Below, in pieces: positions 30,326 through 37,997 of a stretch of 64,000 nt of DNA. The stretch covers positions 198,404 to 262,403 of the forward strand of contig CAVRWD010000003.1 of the NCBI GenBank assembly GCA_963724905.1, given 5' to 3'. Every line of letters begins with the position of its first letter. Within the stretch, counting starts at the first letter, position 1. Under the pieces are notes generated by a model. That model had not been told where the DNA came from and did no database searches. It worked only from the letters and a program-made list of their open reading frames with translations. The stretch is from an uncultured Solirubrobacterales bacterium (GTDB taxonomy: Bacteria > Actinomycetota > Thermoleophilia > Solirubrobacterales > 70-9). The translations under genes and the position numbers were made by a program.

Positions 30326-31156
30326 CTACTCCTTGTCCTCCTCGCTTTGATCTGAAGTCTCTTCTTGCTGCGGCTCGGCATCACCGCCCGACGCCTCCTC
30401 AGCTTCGCTTCCGGGGGCGTCGGGGTCGGCTTCATTTGCTGAGCCTTCGTCTGGACCCGCGTCGGGTTGTTCCTCGGCGGGCGCCGGCTCTTCCGCCGTC
30501 TCGGCGGGAGCCTCCTCCGCGGGCGCTTCCTCTGCAGGCTCTTCGGCGGCCTCTGGTTGCTCCTCCTCCGGGGCCGGCTCTTCCGCCGTCTCGGCGGGTG
30601 CCTCTTCCGCCGGAGCTTCCGCCGCCGGCGCCTCGCCGCTGACCAGGCCCTGCTCGGCGATCTGCTGCAGCTGGCTCGCCATCCCCGCGATGAGCTGGTT
30701 CAGGCCTCGCACCAGCCCAGTGACCGGGCTCGCGATCACTCCGGCCAGCTGGGCGTTGAGCGCCTCGCGGCCGGGGAGGCGGGCGATGGCCTTGAACTCG
30801 TCGGCCTCCAGGGCCTCCCCATTGACCAACCCGCCCTTGAACTCGAGCACCTCCCACTCTCGGTCCAGGGTCGTGATCGCCTTCGCAGCGAGGGCCATGT
30901 CGCCGCGCACGAAGGTGAGCGCTGTCGGGCCGTCGAGAAGCTCGGAGAGCTGCTCGCGCCCGGCCTTCTCGGCGGCGAGCTTGGTGATCCGGTTCTTGAC
31001 CACGCGGAAGCTGGCGTCGGCCTCGCGGAGCTTCGCCCGCAGCTCGGCGGCCTGCGGAACGCTGATGCCCCGGTAGTCGATCGCGAAGATCGACTCGGAG
31101 GCCTCCATCTGGCTCGCAATCTCATCGACTACGGCGGCTTTCTCTTCGCGATTCAA
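30326..31156 (-). CDS. rplJ: 50S ribosomal protein L10 with an acidic, internally repeated C-terminal extension of about 95 aa
   Basis: 276-aa ORF with TTG start after GAGGAA. The L10 core runs to ...QLQQIAEQG. After it comes EAPAAEAPAEEAPAETAEEPAPEEEQPE... Confidence 0.93.
   Translation of the reverse strand: MNREEKAAVVDEIASQMEASESIFAIDYRGISVPQAAELRAKLREADASFRVVKNRITKLAAEKAGREQLSELLDGPTALTFVRGDMALAAKAITTLDREWEVLEFKGGLVNGEALEADEFKAIARLPGREALNAQLAGVIASPVTGLVRGLNQLIAGMASQLQQIAEQGLVSGEAPAAEAPAEEAPAETAEEPAPEEEQPEAAEEPAEEAPAEEAPAETAEEPAPAEEQPDAGPDEGSANEADPDAPGSEAEEASGGDAEPQQEETSDQSEEDKE
30483..30598. repeat. 90-nt-period direct repeat inside the rplJ tail
   Basis: The exact 26-mer GCCGGCTCTTCCGCCGTCTCGGCGGG occurs at 30483-30508 and 30573-30598. 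It encodes the duplicated peptide ..APAETAEEPAP.. Confidence 0.85.
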
Positions 31157-31204
31157 GCTTGTTCCTCGTTACCTGTCGGTCGTCTCTGGTTGGGCCGGAC
31201 CATC

Positions 31205-31226
31205 AAAAAACCCGCCGGCAGGCGGG
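31205..31226 (-). terminator. strong intrinsic terminator/attenuator in the rplA-rplJ spacer (L10 leader region)
   Basis: Minus strand CCCGCC-TGCC-GGCGGG followed by TTTTTT. It lies 48 nt upstream of the rplJ start. Confidence 0.6.
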
Positions 31227-31328
31227 CTCAGGGACGCGGGCGTCGTCTGGCTCCACCTGCACCGGGCTTCCGGGCTCACGCCCCGCCGATGGTCTCGGGC
31301 AGGCGGCCGATGTTAGCGACCGGCCGGC

Positions 31329-32195
31329 TCAGGCGGCTGCCGGAGCTTCGGCGTCGTCGGCAGCCGGTGCCTCGGCGTCCTCGCCGGATGGCTCGGCGCT
31401 GCCGTCGGAGGGCTCTTCGGCGCCGCCCTCAGATGGCTCTTGAGCTCCGTCATCGGAGGGCTCTTCAGCGCCGTCGTCGGAGGGGCCGCCCGGAGCGATG
31501 TCGCGCTCCCCGGACTTGCCGGTGTCGACGCGGATGCCCGGCCCCATCGTCGTGGTGAGCGTGCTCGAGAGGATGTAGCGGCCCTTGGCGCCGGCCGGCT
31601 TCGCGCGCACGATCTCATCGATCACGGCGGCGTAGTTCTCCAGCAGCTGGCGCTCCTCAAAGCCCGCCTTTCCGATCGAGAGATGAACGATCGCGTGGCG
31701 GTCGGTGCGGTACTCGACCTTTCCGGACTTGGACTCGCCGACCGCCTTCTCGATGTCGTCGGTGACCGTCCCAACCTTCGGGTTCGGCATCTTGCCCTGC
31801 GGCCCGAGCACACGGCCCAGCTTGCCGACCACGGGCATCATGTCGGGGGTCGCTACGGCGACGTCGAAGTCGGTCCAGCCTTCCTCGACCCGCTTGGCGA
31901 GGTCCTCGTCGCCGACGAAATCGGCGCCGGCGGCCTCGGCGTCGCGCGCCTTCTGGCCCTTGGCGAAAACCGCGACAGTGACGTCCTTGCCGAGCCCGTG
32001 TGGGAGGGCGAGGGTCCCGCGCAGCTGCTCCTCCGCGTGGCGGACGTTGACCCCCAGGCGCACGTGCAGCTCGACCGTCTCGTCGAACTTGGCCGTCGCG
32101 GTCTCCTTCAGCAGCCGCACCGCCTCGGGGGGCGGGTACTGGTGGCCGCGGTCGACCTTCTCGTAGTCCTGGCGGTAACGCTTGCCGTGCGCCAT
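31329..32195 (-). CDS. rplA: 50S ribosomal protein L1 with an acidic C-terminal extension of about 55 aa
   Basis: 288-aa ORF MAHGKRYRQDYEKVDRGHQY...VRLGVNVRHAEEQLRGTLALPHG... Tail reads DDGAEEPSDDGAQEPSEGGAEEPSDGSAEPSGEDAEAPAADDAEAPAAA. Confidence 0.95.
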   Translation of the reverse strand: MAHGKRYRQDYEKVDRGHQYPPPEAVRLLKETATAKFDETVELHVRLGVNVRHAEEQLRGTLALPHGLGKDVTVAVFAKGQKARDAEAAGADFVGDEDLAKRVEEGWTDFDVAVATPDMMPVVGKLGRVLGPQGKMPNPKVGTVTDDIEKAVGESKSGKVEYRTDRHAIVHLSIGKAGFEERQLLENYAAVIDEIVRAKPAGAKGRYILSSTLTTTMGPGIRVDTGKSGERDIAPGGPSDDGAEEPSDDGAQEPSEGGAEEPSDGSAEPSGEDAEAPAADDAEAPAAA

Positions 32196-32202
32196 CAGAC
32201 TC

Positions 32203-32631
32203 CTAGGCTCCCGTCACGTCGACGCCCATCGAGCGCGCGGTGCCGGCGATGATCTTCGACGCCGCATCGATGTCGTTTGCGTTCAGGTCGGGCATCTTTC
32301 GCTCCGCGATCTGGCGCACCTGGTCCATGTTGATCGTGCCCACCTTGTTGACGTGGGGCTCGCCCGACCCCTTGTCGATTCCGGCCGCCTCCTTGATCAG
32401 CACCGCGGCCGGCGGTGTCTTGGTGATGAACTCGAAGGAGCGGTCCTCGAAGACGGTGATCTCGACCGGGATGATCGTGCCGGAGTCCTGCTGAGTCTGG
32501 GCGTTGAACTCCTTGCAGAACTCCATGATGTTGACGCCGTGCTGTCCCAGCGCCGGGCCGACCGGGGGCGCCGGGTTGGCGGCGCCGGCCGGGATCTGCA
32601 GCTTGATCATGGTGAGGACCTTCTTCGCCAT
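32203..32631 (-). CDS. rplK: 50S ribosomal protein L11
   Basis: [44 protein letters not shown]..., 142 aa from ATG 32631. The track ORF is extended upstream. Confidence 0.95.
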   Translation of the reverse strand: MAKKVLTMIKLQIPAGAANPAPPVGPALGQHGVNIMEFCKEFNAQTQQDSGTIIPVEITVFEDRSFEFITKTPPAAVLIKEAAGIDKGSGEPHVNKVGTINMDQVRQIAERKMPDLNANDIDAASKIIAGTARSMGVDVTGA

Positions 32632-32674
32632 CGGCGGGCGAGGATAGCGGGAGCGAGCGCCTTGGCTCCGCGCG

Positions 32675-34066
32675 CTACTCGCAGCCGGAAACGCGGTCCC
32701 TGCCGGTGGCGCGCCCGCAGCGATCGCTTCCCTTGCCGCCGGCGATCCGGTCGGCTCCGCCCTGGCCAACGAGCAGGTCCTTGCCGGCCCCTCCCTTGAG
32801 GCGGTCGCGGCCCTTTCCGCCCTGGATCCGGTCCTTCCCGGCCTGACCGAGGACCTTGTCCCTCCCGCCGGAGGCGCTGGCGCGATCCGAGCCGGGGCCG
32901 CCGCGGATGACGTCGCGGCCGCCGAGGCTGCAGACGAAATCCTCGCCGGCCCTGGCGTTGATCGTGTCGGGCCCGGGCGTGCCGCGGATCACGTCGCGGC
33001 CCCCGGTGCCCGAAACGCTGCCCGTCACGGGGGCAAACAACGTCACCCTCTTGCCGAAGCACTTGCGGTTCTGCGCCTCCGTGGCGAGCTCATCGGCGCC
33101 GATATCGGGGGCCGCCCCCTGGTAGCGGGGCTCCTTGTCGATGTCGAACCCGCCTGCGGCCTTGGACCCGCGATCGATCGTGAACGAGCCCGGGAGCTGA
33201 TGGACGTTCCCTGCGGCCGGGTCGGCGAGCAGCGCGGGCCCGGTGACGTTGGCATCGCTGCCCGGATCGCTGGCCGCCGCGTTTGGCCCCTCGAGCTGGG
33301 AGTCGAAGTTGGAAAAGGTGAGCTGAGAAAAGGCGATCGCGCCGCCGGCGCTGCCGGACGCGCTCACGTCCGCCCCGGTCCCGCTCGCGATCACATTCAC
33401 GCCCTGCAGGGTGGTGCTTCCTCCGCTGCCGTTGTTGAGGGAGTCGATCCCGGTCGAGCCGGAACCGGTGGCGACGGCGGTGACGTTCTGCATCAGCGAT
33501 CGGACGGCGTTGCCGGCGCTCGTGTTGGCGTTGCTCCGCGCCCCGGTTCCGCCGCTCCCGGTCGCGATGCAGGCGCTGTCGCGCAGCAGCGGCGGGTTGT
33601 CCGCGTGGGGCGCCAGGTAGCAGGCGGAGGCGTCGGGGGCGGTGACGGTCACAACCAGGCGCTCGGCTCTCGCGCCGGGGCTGACGATCACCCCGAGACC
33701 CCGAGCAGAGGCTCGGATCTCGACGTCCTCGATCACGCTGCCAACCCCCATCACCACCGAGAATCCGTTGTTGGTCTCGATCAGGGGCCGGGGGCCGCCG
33801 CCGGCGCCGTGCAAGTAGATCGCGTCGCTGGCCACCACGGCGTCGGTGCCGTTGTTGTAGGTGCCGGGTAGCAGGACAACCTCGTCGCCGTTGACGACGG
33901 CCGGCGCCTCAACGGCCGTGTTGATGTCGCAGGGGGCGCTCTGCGAGCAGGCGGCTCCCGACCCGCCGGGCGCTGCGAAGCGCACCGCGGCGCCTGCCGC
34001 CGCGGGGACCAAAGTCAAGAGCAGCCCGGCCAGGGCTGCCGTCAAGATGCAGCTGCGTAAGGTCAA
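32675..34066 (-). CDS. secreted right-handed beta-helix-like protein with about 12 C-terminal GGxGxD-type nonapeptide (RTX-like) repeats
   Basis: 463-aa ORF with TTG start after GGGAAGAAGG. Signal peptide [27 protein letters not shown]. The middle is Gly/Ser/Thr/Asn-rich. The C-terminus carries a 9-aa periodic [18 protein letters not shown]...[33 protein letters not shown]. Confidence 0.8.
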   Translation of the reverse strand: MTLRSCILTAALAGLLLTLVPAAAGAAVRFAAPGGSGAACSQSAPCDINTAVEAPAVVNGDEVVLLPGTYNNGTDAVVASDAIYLHGAGGGPRPLIETNNGFSVVMGVGSVIEDVEIRASARGLGVIVSPGARAERLVVTVTAPDASACYLAPHADNPPLLRDSACIATGSGGTGARSNANTSAGNAVRSLMQNVTAVATGSGSTGIDSLNNGSGGSTTLQGVNVIASGTGADVSASGSAGGAIAFSQLTFSNFDSQLEGPNAAASDPGSDANVTGPALLADPAAGNVHQLPGSFTIDRGSKAAGGFDIDKEPRYQGAAPDIGADELATEAQNRKCFGKRVTLFAPVTGSVSGTGGRDVIRGTPGPDTINARAGEDFVCSLGGRDVIRGGPGSDRASASGGRDKVLGQAGKDRIQGGKGRDRLKGGAGKDLLVGQGGADRIAGGKGSDRCGRATGRDRVSGCE

Positions 34067-34131
34067 TTGAACCTTCTTCCCTGCTCAGTGGGAAGTTTAG
34101 GTCCGACCCCGCGCCGGCCCCATCCCTTTTA

Positions 34132-34653
34132 TTAGATCTTCTTGACCTGGTCGTAGCCGACTTCGACCGGGGTCTCGCGGCCGAAGATCGAGACCAGCAC
34201 CTTGAGCTTCGCGGCGTCCTCGTTTATCTCCGCGATCTCGCCGGAGAAATCCGAGAGCGGGCCCGAGATCACCTTCACTTGCTCGCCGATCGTGAACTGG
34301 GCCTGGGTGCGCGGGCGCTCGGCGGTCTCGCGATGCAGCAGCCGGTCCACCTCGGGCTTGGAGAGCGCGACCGGCTTGTTGCGGGCGCCGACAAACCCGG
34401 TGACGCCGGGCGTGTTCTTGACCAGGCCCCATGCGTCGTCGGACATCTCCATGTTGACCAGCACGTACCCGGGCATCGTGCGCTTCTCGATCTGCACCTT
34501 CTGGCCGTCCTTGAGCTCGGACACCTGCTCGGTCGGGACCACGACCTGGCGGATCTGCCGGTCCTGGCCCATGGTCTGCACGCGGTGCTCGAGGTTGTGC
34601 TTGACCTTGTTCTCGTGGCCCGAGTAGGTGTTTATGACGTACCAGCGATACAT
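34132..34653 (-). CDS. nusG: transcription termination/antitermination factor NusG
   Basis: 173-aa ORF MYRWYVINTYSGHENKVKHNLEHRV...PGYVLV... with KOW-type GEQVKVISGPLSDFSGEIAEI. Confidence 0.96.
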   Translation of the reverse strand: MYRWYVINTYSGHENKVKHNLEHRVQTMGQDRQIRQVVVPTEQVSELKDGQKVQIEKRTMPGYVLVNMEMSDDAWGLVKNTPGVTGFVGARNKPVALSKPEVDRLLHRETAERPRTQAQFTIGEQVKVISGPLSDFSGEIAEINEDAAKLKVLVSIFGRETPVEVGYDQVKKI

Positions 34654-34657
34654 AGCT

Positions 34658-35182
34658 CTAGAGAACCAGGTTTACGGCCCAGCTGAAGAAAGCGTCCAGC
34701 GCGCCGAGGTAGGCCGCCGCAACGGCGACGAAGACGATCGTCACGGCAGACGCTTGCACAAGTGTGTCGCGGTCGGGCCACTGGACCTTCTTGAGCTCCG
34801 CCCAGCAGGACGCGATGAAACCCGTTACGCGGCCGCGCTGCCGACCCTCGGCGGCCTGCTTCTCCTTCTTTGCCAGCTGCTCGCGCTCCTGGCGCTTGCG
34901 CTGCTCGCGCGCCTGCTTGTCGGCCTCCTTGCGGGACCGCTCCTCCGCCCGGCGCTCGGCCCGGCTCTGCTTCGGCGCATCGGCGGTCTCGAGCTCGGCC
35001 TCGGGCGCCCCGGCGGCCATGCCGGCCTCCACCGCCTCCACCTCGGCGACGTCGCCGGAGACCGGCACCTGGGTGTCGTGCTGGGCGGCCGATTCGTCTC
35101 GGTCCGGGCTCCCGCCCTGACGCTGCTGCTGGGCCTCGCGAGCTCGCCGCTCGGCCTTGCGCTGAGCGCGGGTCTTCGCCAT
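34658..35182 (-). CDS. secE: preprotein translocase subunit SecE with a long charged N-terminal extension
   Basis: ATG 35182 gives MAKTRAQRKAERRAREAQQQ... The C-terminal core is FIASCWAELKKVQWPDRDTLVQASAVTIVFVAVAAAYLGALD. It lies directly upstream of nusG. Confidence 0.88.
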   Translation of the reverse strand: MAKTRAQRKAERRAREAQQQRQGGSPDRDESAAQHDTQVPVSGDVAEVEAVEAGMAAGAPEAELETADAPKQSRAERRAEERSRKEADKQAREQRKRQEREQLAKKEKQAAEGRQRGRVTGFIASCWAELKKVQWPDRDTLVQASAVTIVFVAVAAAYLGALDAFFSWAVNLVL

Positions 35183-35213
35183 CAGAGGGTCGGGTCCACG
35201 GCCATAAGGGCCA

Positions 35214-35378
35214 CTAGCGGGTCTCCTTGTGGGCAGTGTGGCGCTTGCACCAGCGGCAGAACTTGCGCAGCTCGATTCGGTCCGGGCTGTTGCGCCTGGA
35301 CTTGTTCGTCTGGTAATTGCGGCGCTTGCAGTCTTCGCATGCAAGCGTCACTGCGATCCGTACCTCTCCGCGAGCCAT
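35214..35378 (-). CDS. rpmG: 50S ribosomal protein L33 (Cys-containing form)
   Basis: Not in the ORF track because it is under 60 aa. AAGGAGAC precedes ATG 35378. The product is [54 protein letters not shown] (TAG 35214-35216). Confidence 0.93.
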   Translation of the reverse strand: MARGEVRIAVTLACEDCKRRNYQTNKSRRNSPDRIELRKFCRWCKRHTAHKETR

Positions 35379-35402
35379 GTCTCCTTGCGGACGCCTTTAC
35401 AG

Positions 35403-35471
35403 AAAAACGTTCCGGGCGCAGGGCGCGCCGGAACCGGGCGAAAGAATAGCGCGCCGCCTCGCCTCGCCCGG
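35403..35471 (-). promoter_or_regulatory. terminator hairpin plus an upstream competing hairpin just 5' of rpmG (candidate attenuator)
   Basis: Minus strand: CCGGGCGA (35471-35464) pairs with TCGCCCGG (35441-35434). GTTCCGG (35434-35428) pairs with CCGGAAC (35415-35409), followed by UUUUU (35407-35403). CCGGGCG can instead pair with CGCCCGG at 35418-35412, which overlaps the terminator's 3' arm. Confidence 0.4.
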
Positions 35472-35667
35472 CGCCGCATTGCGTTGATCTCGGGGATCGC
35501 GATCGGACCTCTTGACCCCAGAAACGCGAAAGCGCCCCGCGTGGGACGCCCAGCGCTGATCGTGTTCCCCAATCGGTCTCAGCTTGGACCGGGCCGCGGT
35601 AGCTCTCCTGCACATCGAACGCCAATTCGGAGCTGTGCGCGACGCATCGCCGTAGGCGACAGAGACC

Positions 35668-35696
35668 AACATACCGAGTCCCTACTTAATTTTCAA
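35668..35696 (-). promoter_or_regulatory. sigma-70-like promoter candidate facing rpmG-secE-nusG
   Basis: Minus strand TTGAAA (35696-35691), 17 nt, then TATGTT (35673-35668), inside a local AT-rich island. Confidence 0.4.
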
Positions 35697-35829
35697 TAGG
35701 AAATTGTTGGACTTTTGTTGAGAACGGCCCCCAAAAGTGGGTGACTTTGTGCCTGAGGGCCGAAAAATGGTCCATTTCCACAGATTGGGGCTAAAGGTTG
35801 CCCGGGTTGCTGCCGATAACTATGTGTCG

Positions 35830-35850
35830 GGCGCCCCGGGGGCGCCTTTT
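35830..35850. terminator. palindromic GC hairpin after the acyl-CoA dehydrogenase gene
   Basis: GGCGCC-CCGGG-GGCGCC at 35830-35846. The T-run (35847-35850) is on the plus-strand side only. For the minus-strand gene this would be a U-tract-less terminator. Confidence 0.4.
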
Positions 35851-35871
35851 CTGTGCCCAGGGGCTGAGGCC

Positions 35872-37014
35872 CTAGAGGCCGAGCGTCTTGGCGATGATGT
35901 TGCGCTGGATCTCCGATGTTCCGCCGTAGATCGTCGAGACGAGGGTCTGGCGCACGAGGCGCTCCATGTCGTACTCGGAGGAGTAGCCGTAGCCACCCAT
36001 CATCTGCATCCCCTCCAGGGAGACGCGCTTGGCGACCTCGGTGACGTAGAGCTTCACCATCGATGCCTCGCGGGGGAGCATGCGATCGGGGTCCTCGTCG
36101 GTCAGCGAGGCCACCCACCAGGTCATCAGCCGCGCCGCCTCGAGCTCGGTCGCGAGGTCGGCGAGGCGGTGCTGCAGCGCCTGAAAGGAGCCGATCGGAC
36201 GCCCGAACTGGCGCCGCTCCTTGACATAGGCGAGAGCGTCGTCGAAGGCGCGCTGGGCGATCCCCAGCATCGTCGCGGCGAGGATCAGCCGCTCCACGTT
36301 GAGGCCGGCCATCAGCTGGGTCCAGCCCGCGTCGGTCTCGCCGAGCACCGCGTCCTCCGGCGCCTCGCAATCGGTGAAGTAGAGGTAGTTGGTCTCGCGG
36401 CCGCCCATCGTGTCGATCGGCTGGATCTCCATCCCGTCCGTCTCACGGGGGACGAAGATCATCGAGAGCCCCTGGTGCTTGTCCTCGCCCTTGGTCGTAC
36501 GAGCGACCACCAGAACGTGATCGGCGATGTGGGCGTTTGAGCAGAAGACCTTCTGGCCGTTGATCACGAAGCCGCCGTTGACGCGCTTTGCCTCCGTGGT
36601 CAGGGCTCCGACGTCGGAGCCGGCTTCGGGCTCGGTCATCGCGATCGACTCCACCGAGCCGGAGGCGATGCCGCCGAGGATCGACTTCTTCTGCTCCTCC
36701 GAGCCAAAGCGGCTGGTGGCGCCGGCGACGATCAGGGTCGTCGCGTATCCGCCGATCGGCGCCAGGCCGCGCGACGTCTCCTCCATGAACAGGCAGGCGT
36801 CCAGCATCGAGCCATCCGAGCCGCCGTACTCATCGGGAATCGTCACCCCGAGCCAGCCGAGCTCCGCCATCCGCCCGTAGAGATCGCGGTTGTGGGACTC
36901 GCGGTAGCCGGCGGTCAGCTTCTCGCGCTGCTCGGGAGTGCCGCACTCGCGCTGGCAGAAGTCGCGGATCGCGGCGACGAAGTCCTGCTGCTCATCGGTG
37001 AGCGCGAAGTCCAA
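35872..37014 (-). CDS. acyl-CoA dehydrogenase family protein
   Basis: 380-aa ORF (TTG)MDFALTDEQQDFVAAIRDF...MTEPEAGSDV...GGTSEIQRNIIAKTLGL. Confidence 0.9.
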   Translation of the reverse strand: MDFALTDEQQDFVAAIRDFCQRECGTPEQREKLTAGYRESHNRDLYGRMAELGWLGVTIPDEYGGSDGSMLDACLFMEETSRGLAPIGGYATTLIVAGATSRFGSEEQKKSILGGIASGSVESIAMTEPEAGSDVGALTTEAKRVNGGFVINGQKVFCSNAHIADHVLVVARTTKGEDKHQGLSMIFVPRETDGMEIQPIDTMGGRETNYLYFTDCEAPEDAVLGETDAGWTQLMAGLNVERLILAATMLGIAQRAFDDALAYVKERRQFGRPIGSFQALQHRLADLATELEAARLMTWWVASLTDEDPDRMLPREASMVKLYVTEVAKRVSLEGMQMMGGYGYSSEYDMERLVRQTLVSTIYGGTSEIQRNIIAKTLGL

Positions 37015-37015
37015 G

Positions 37016-37088
<73 letters not shown>

Positions 37089-37101
37089 GCAGGAAGCCAA
37101 T

Positions 37102-37908
37102 TTAGCGGCGCCGGCGCTTGATCGGTCGGCGGCGTGAGCGGCGGGAGCGGGACTTGCTCGTCGGCTCGCGCTCCAGAGCCTGTCCGAATGCCTTCTCGGT
37201 CGCCTCGGTCATCACCAGCTGAAAGATCGAGAGCAGCGACTCCGAGGCCAGGGGGCGCAGGCGCTCCAGGGACTCGCGTACCTGGGGCCAGTCCTCCTCC
37301 GGGCGGCCTGCCTTCTCGAACGGCTTCCAGACGTTCTCGAGAAAGAGCTCGATGAAGATGCGGGCCACCTCCTTGGACTGGCGGCGCAGCTTCGAGGCGA
37401 CGTCCAGGGCGGTGCCCAGGGGGATGCCGAGCTCGGCGAGCTCGGCGCCGGCGCGCAGCACTCGGGGGCTGGGGGTTTCGTAGCGGCCCTCGCCGAGCGG
37501 GTGCAGGAGCCCGAGCTTCTGGGCGCGCCGCAGCAGCGCAGGGTCGGTGTCGCCCCAGCGCTCCGCAAGCTCATCGGCGCTGATGATCTCCGGCTCCTCC
37601 TCCTCGAAGGGTGCCCGGACGGCGCGCGTGAAGTGGAGCACGTCGGTGCTCGAGTCGCCGACGCCCTCGAGCAGGCGCGAGATCGCCCCGAGGTTGAAGC
37701 CGTCGGCCTGCATCTCACGGATCAGCTCCAGGCGGGCGATGTGTTGCTGGTCGTAGTAGCCGGTACGGCCGACGACCCGCGGCGCGGGCAGCAGCCCGCG
37801 CGATTGGTGGGCGCGGATGTTTCGCACCGTCATCCCGGTGCGCCTGGAGAGCTCGTCGATTGTGATCGAGCCCTGCTCCCTCGCCTGGGCCTGTGTGAGT
37901 TCGGCCAC
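37102..37908 (-). CDS. MerR-family transcriptional regulator
   Basis: 268-aa ORF from GTG 37908 with the N-terminal HTH ITIDELSRRTGMTVRNIRAHQSRGLLP and a basic C-terminal tail. Confidence 0.88.
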   Translation of the reverse strand: MAELTQAQAREQGSITIDELSRRTGMTVRNIRAHQSRGLLPAPRVVGRTGYYDQQHIARLELIREMQADGFNLGAISRLLEGVGDSSTDVLHFTRAVRAPFEEEEPEIISADELAERWGDTDPALLRRAQKLGLLHPLGEGRYETPSPRVLRAGAELAELGIPLGTALDVASKLRRQSKEVARIFIELFLENVWKPFEKAGRPEEDWPQVRESLERLRPLASESLLSIFQLVMTEATEKAFGQALEREPTSKSRSRRSRRRPIKRRRR

Positions 37909-37914
37909 GCATCA

Positions 37915-37928
37915 ATTCTACACGTGTA
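37915..37928. promoter_or_regulatory. TAGAAT -10-like box overlapping the 10-bp perfect palindrome TACACGTGTA (candidate merR promoter/operator)
   Basis: Minus strand TAGAAT (37920-37915) ends 6 nt before the merR GTG. The palindrome is at 37919-37928, in the AT-rich divergent spacer. Confidence 0.4.
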
Positions 37929-37997
37929 TATGTTTCATCATTTGGTGATACATTCAACTGCAGGGACGGCAGGGGACCAAACGATCAGGGAGCGCCA

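Noticed and set aside
35737-35871. A possible plus-strand small RNA or small ORF ending at the hairpin plus T-run at 35830-35850 (track ORF 35737-36540).
   Set aside because: The ORF runs antisense into the acyl-CoA dehydrogenase gene with no stop at the hairpin. I found no plus-strand promoter. The palindromic hairpin is more simply the dehydrogenase's U-tract-less terminator. It is kept only as a low-confidence terminator feature.
35379-35871. Expected a tRNA (for example tRNA-Trp) upstream of rpmG/secE, as in many bacteria.
   Set aside because: No T-loop (GGTTCGA-type) sequence or cloverleaf could be folded on either strand.
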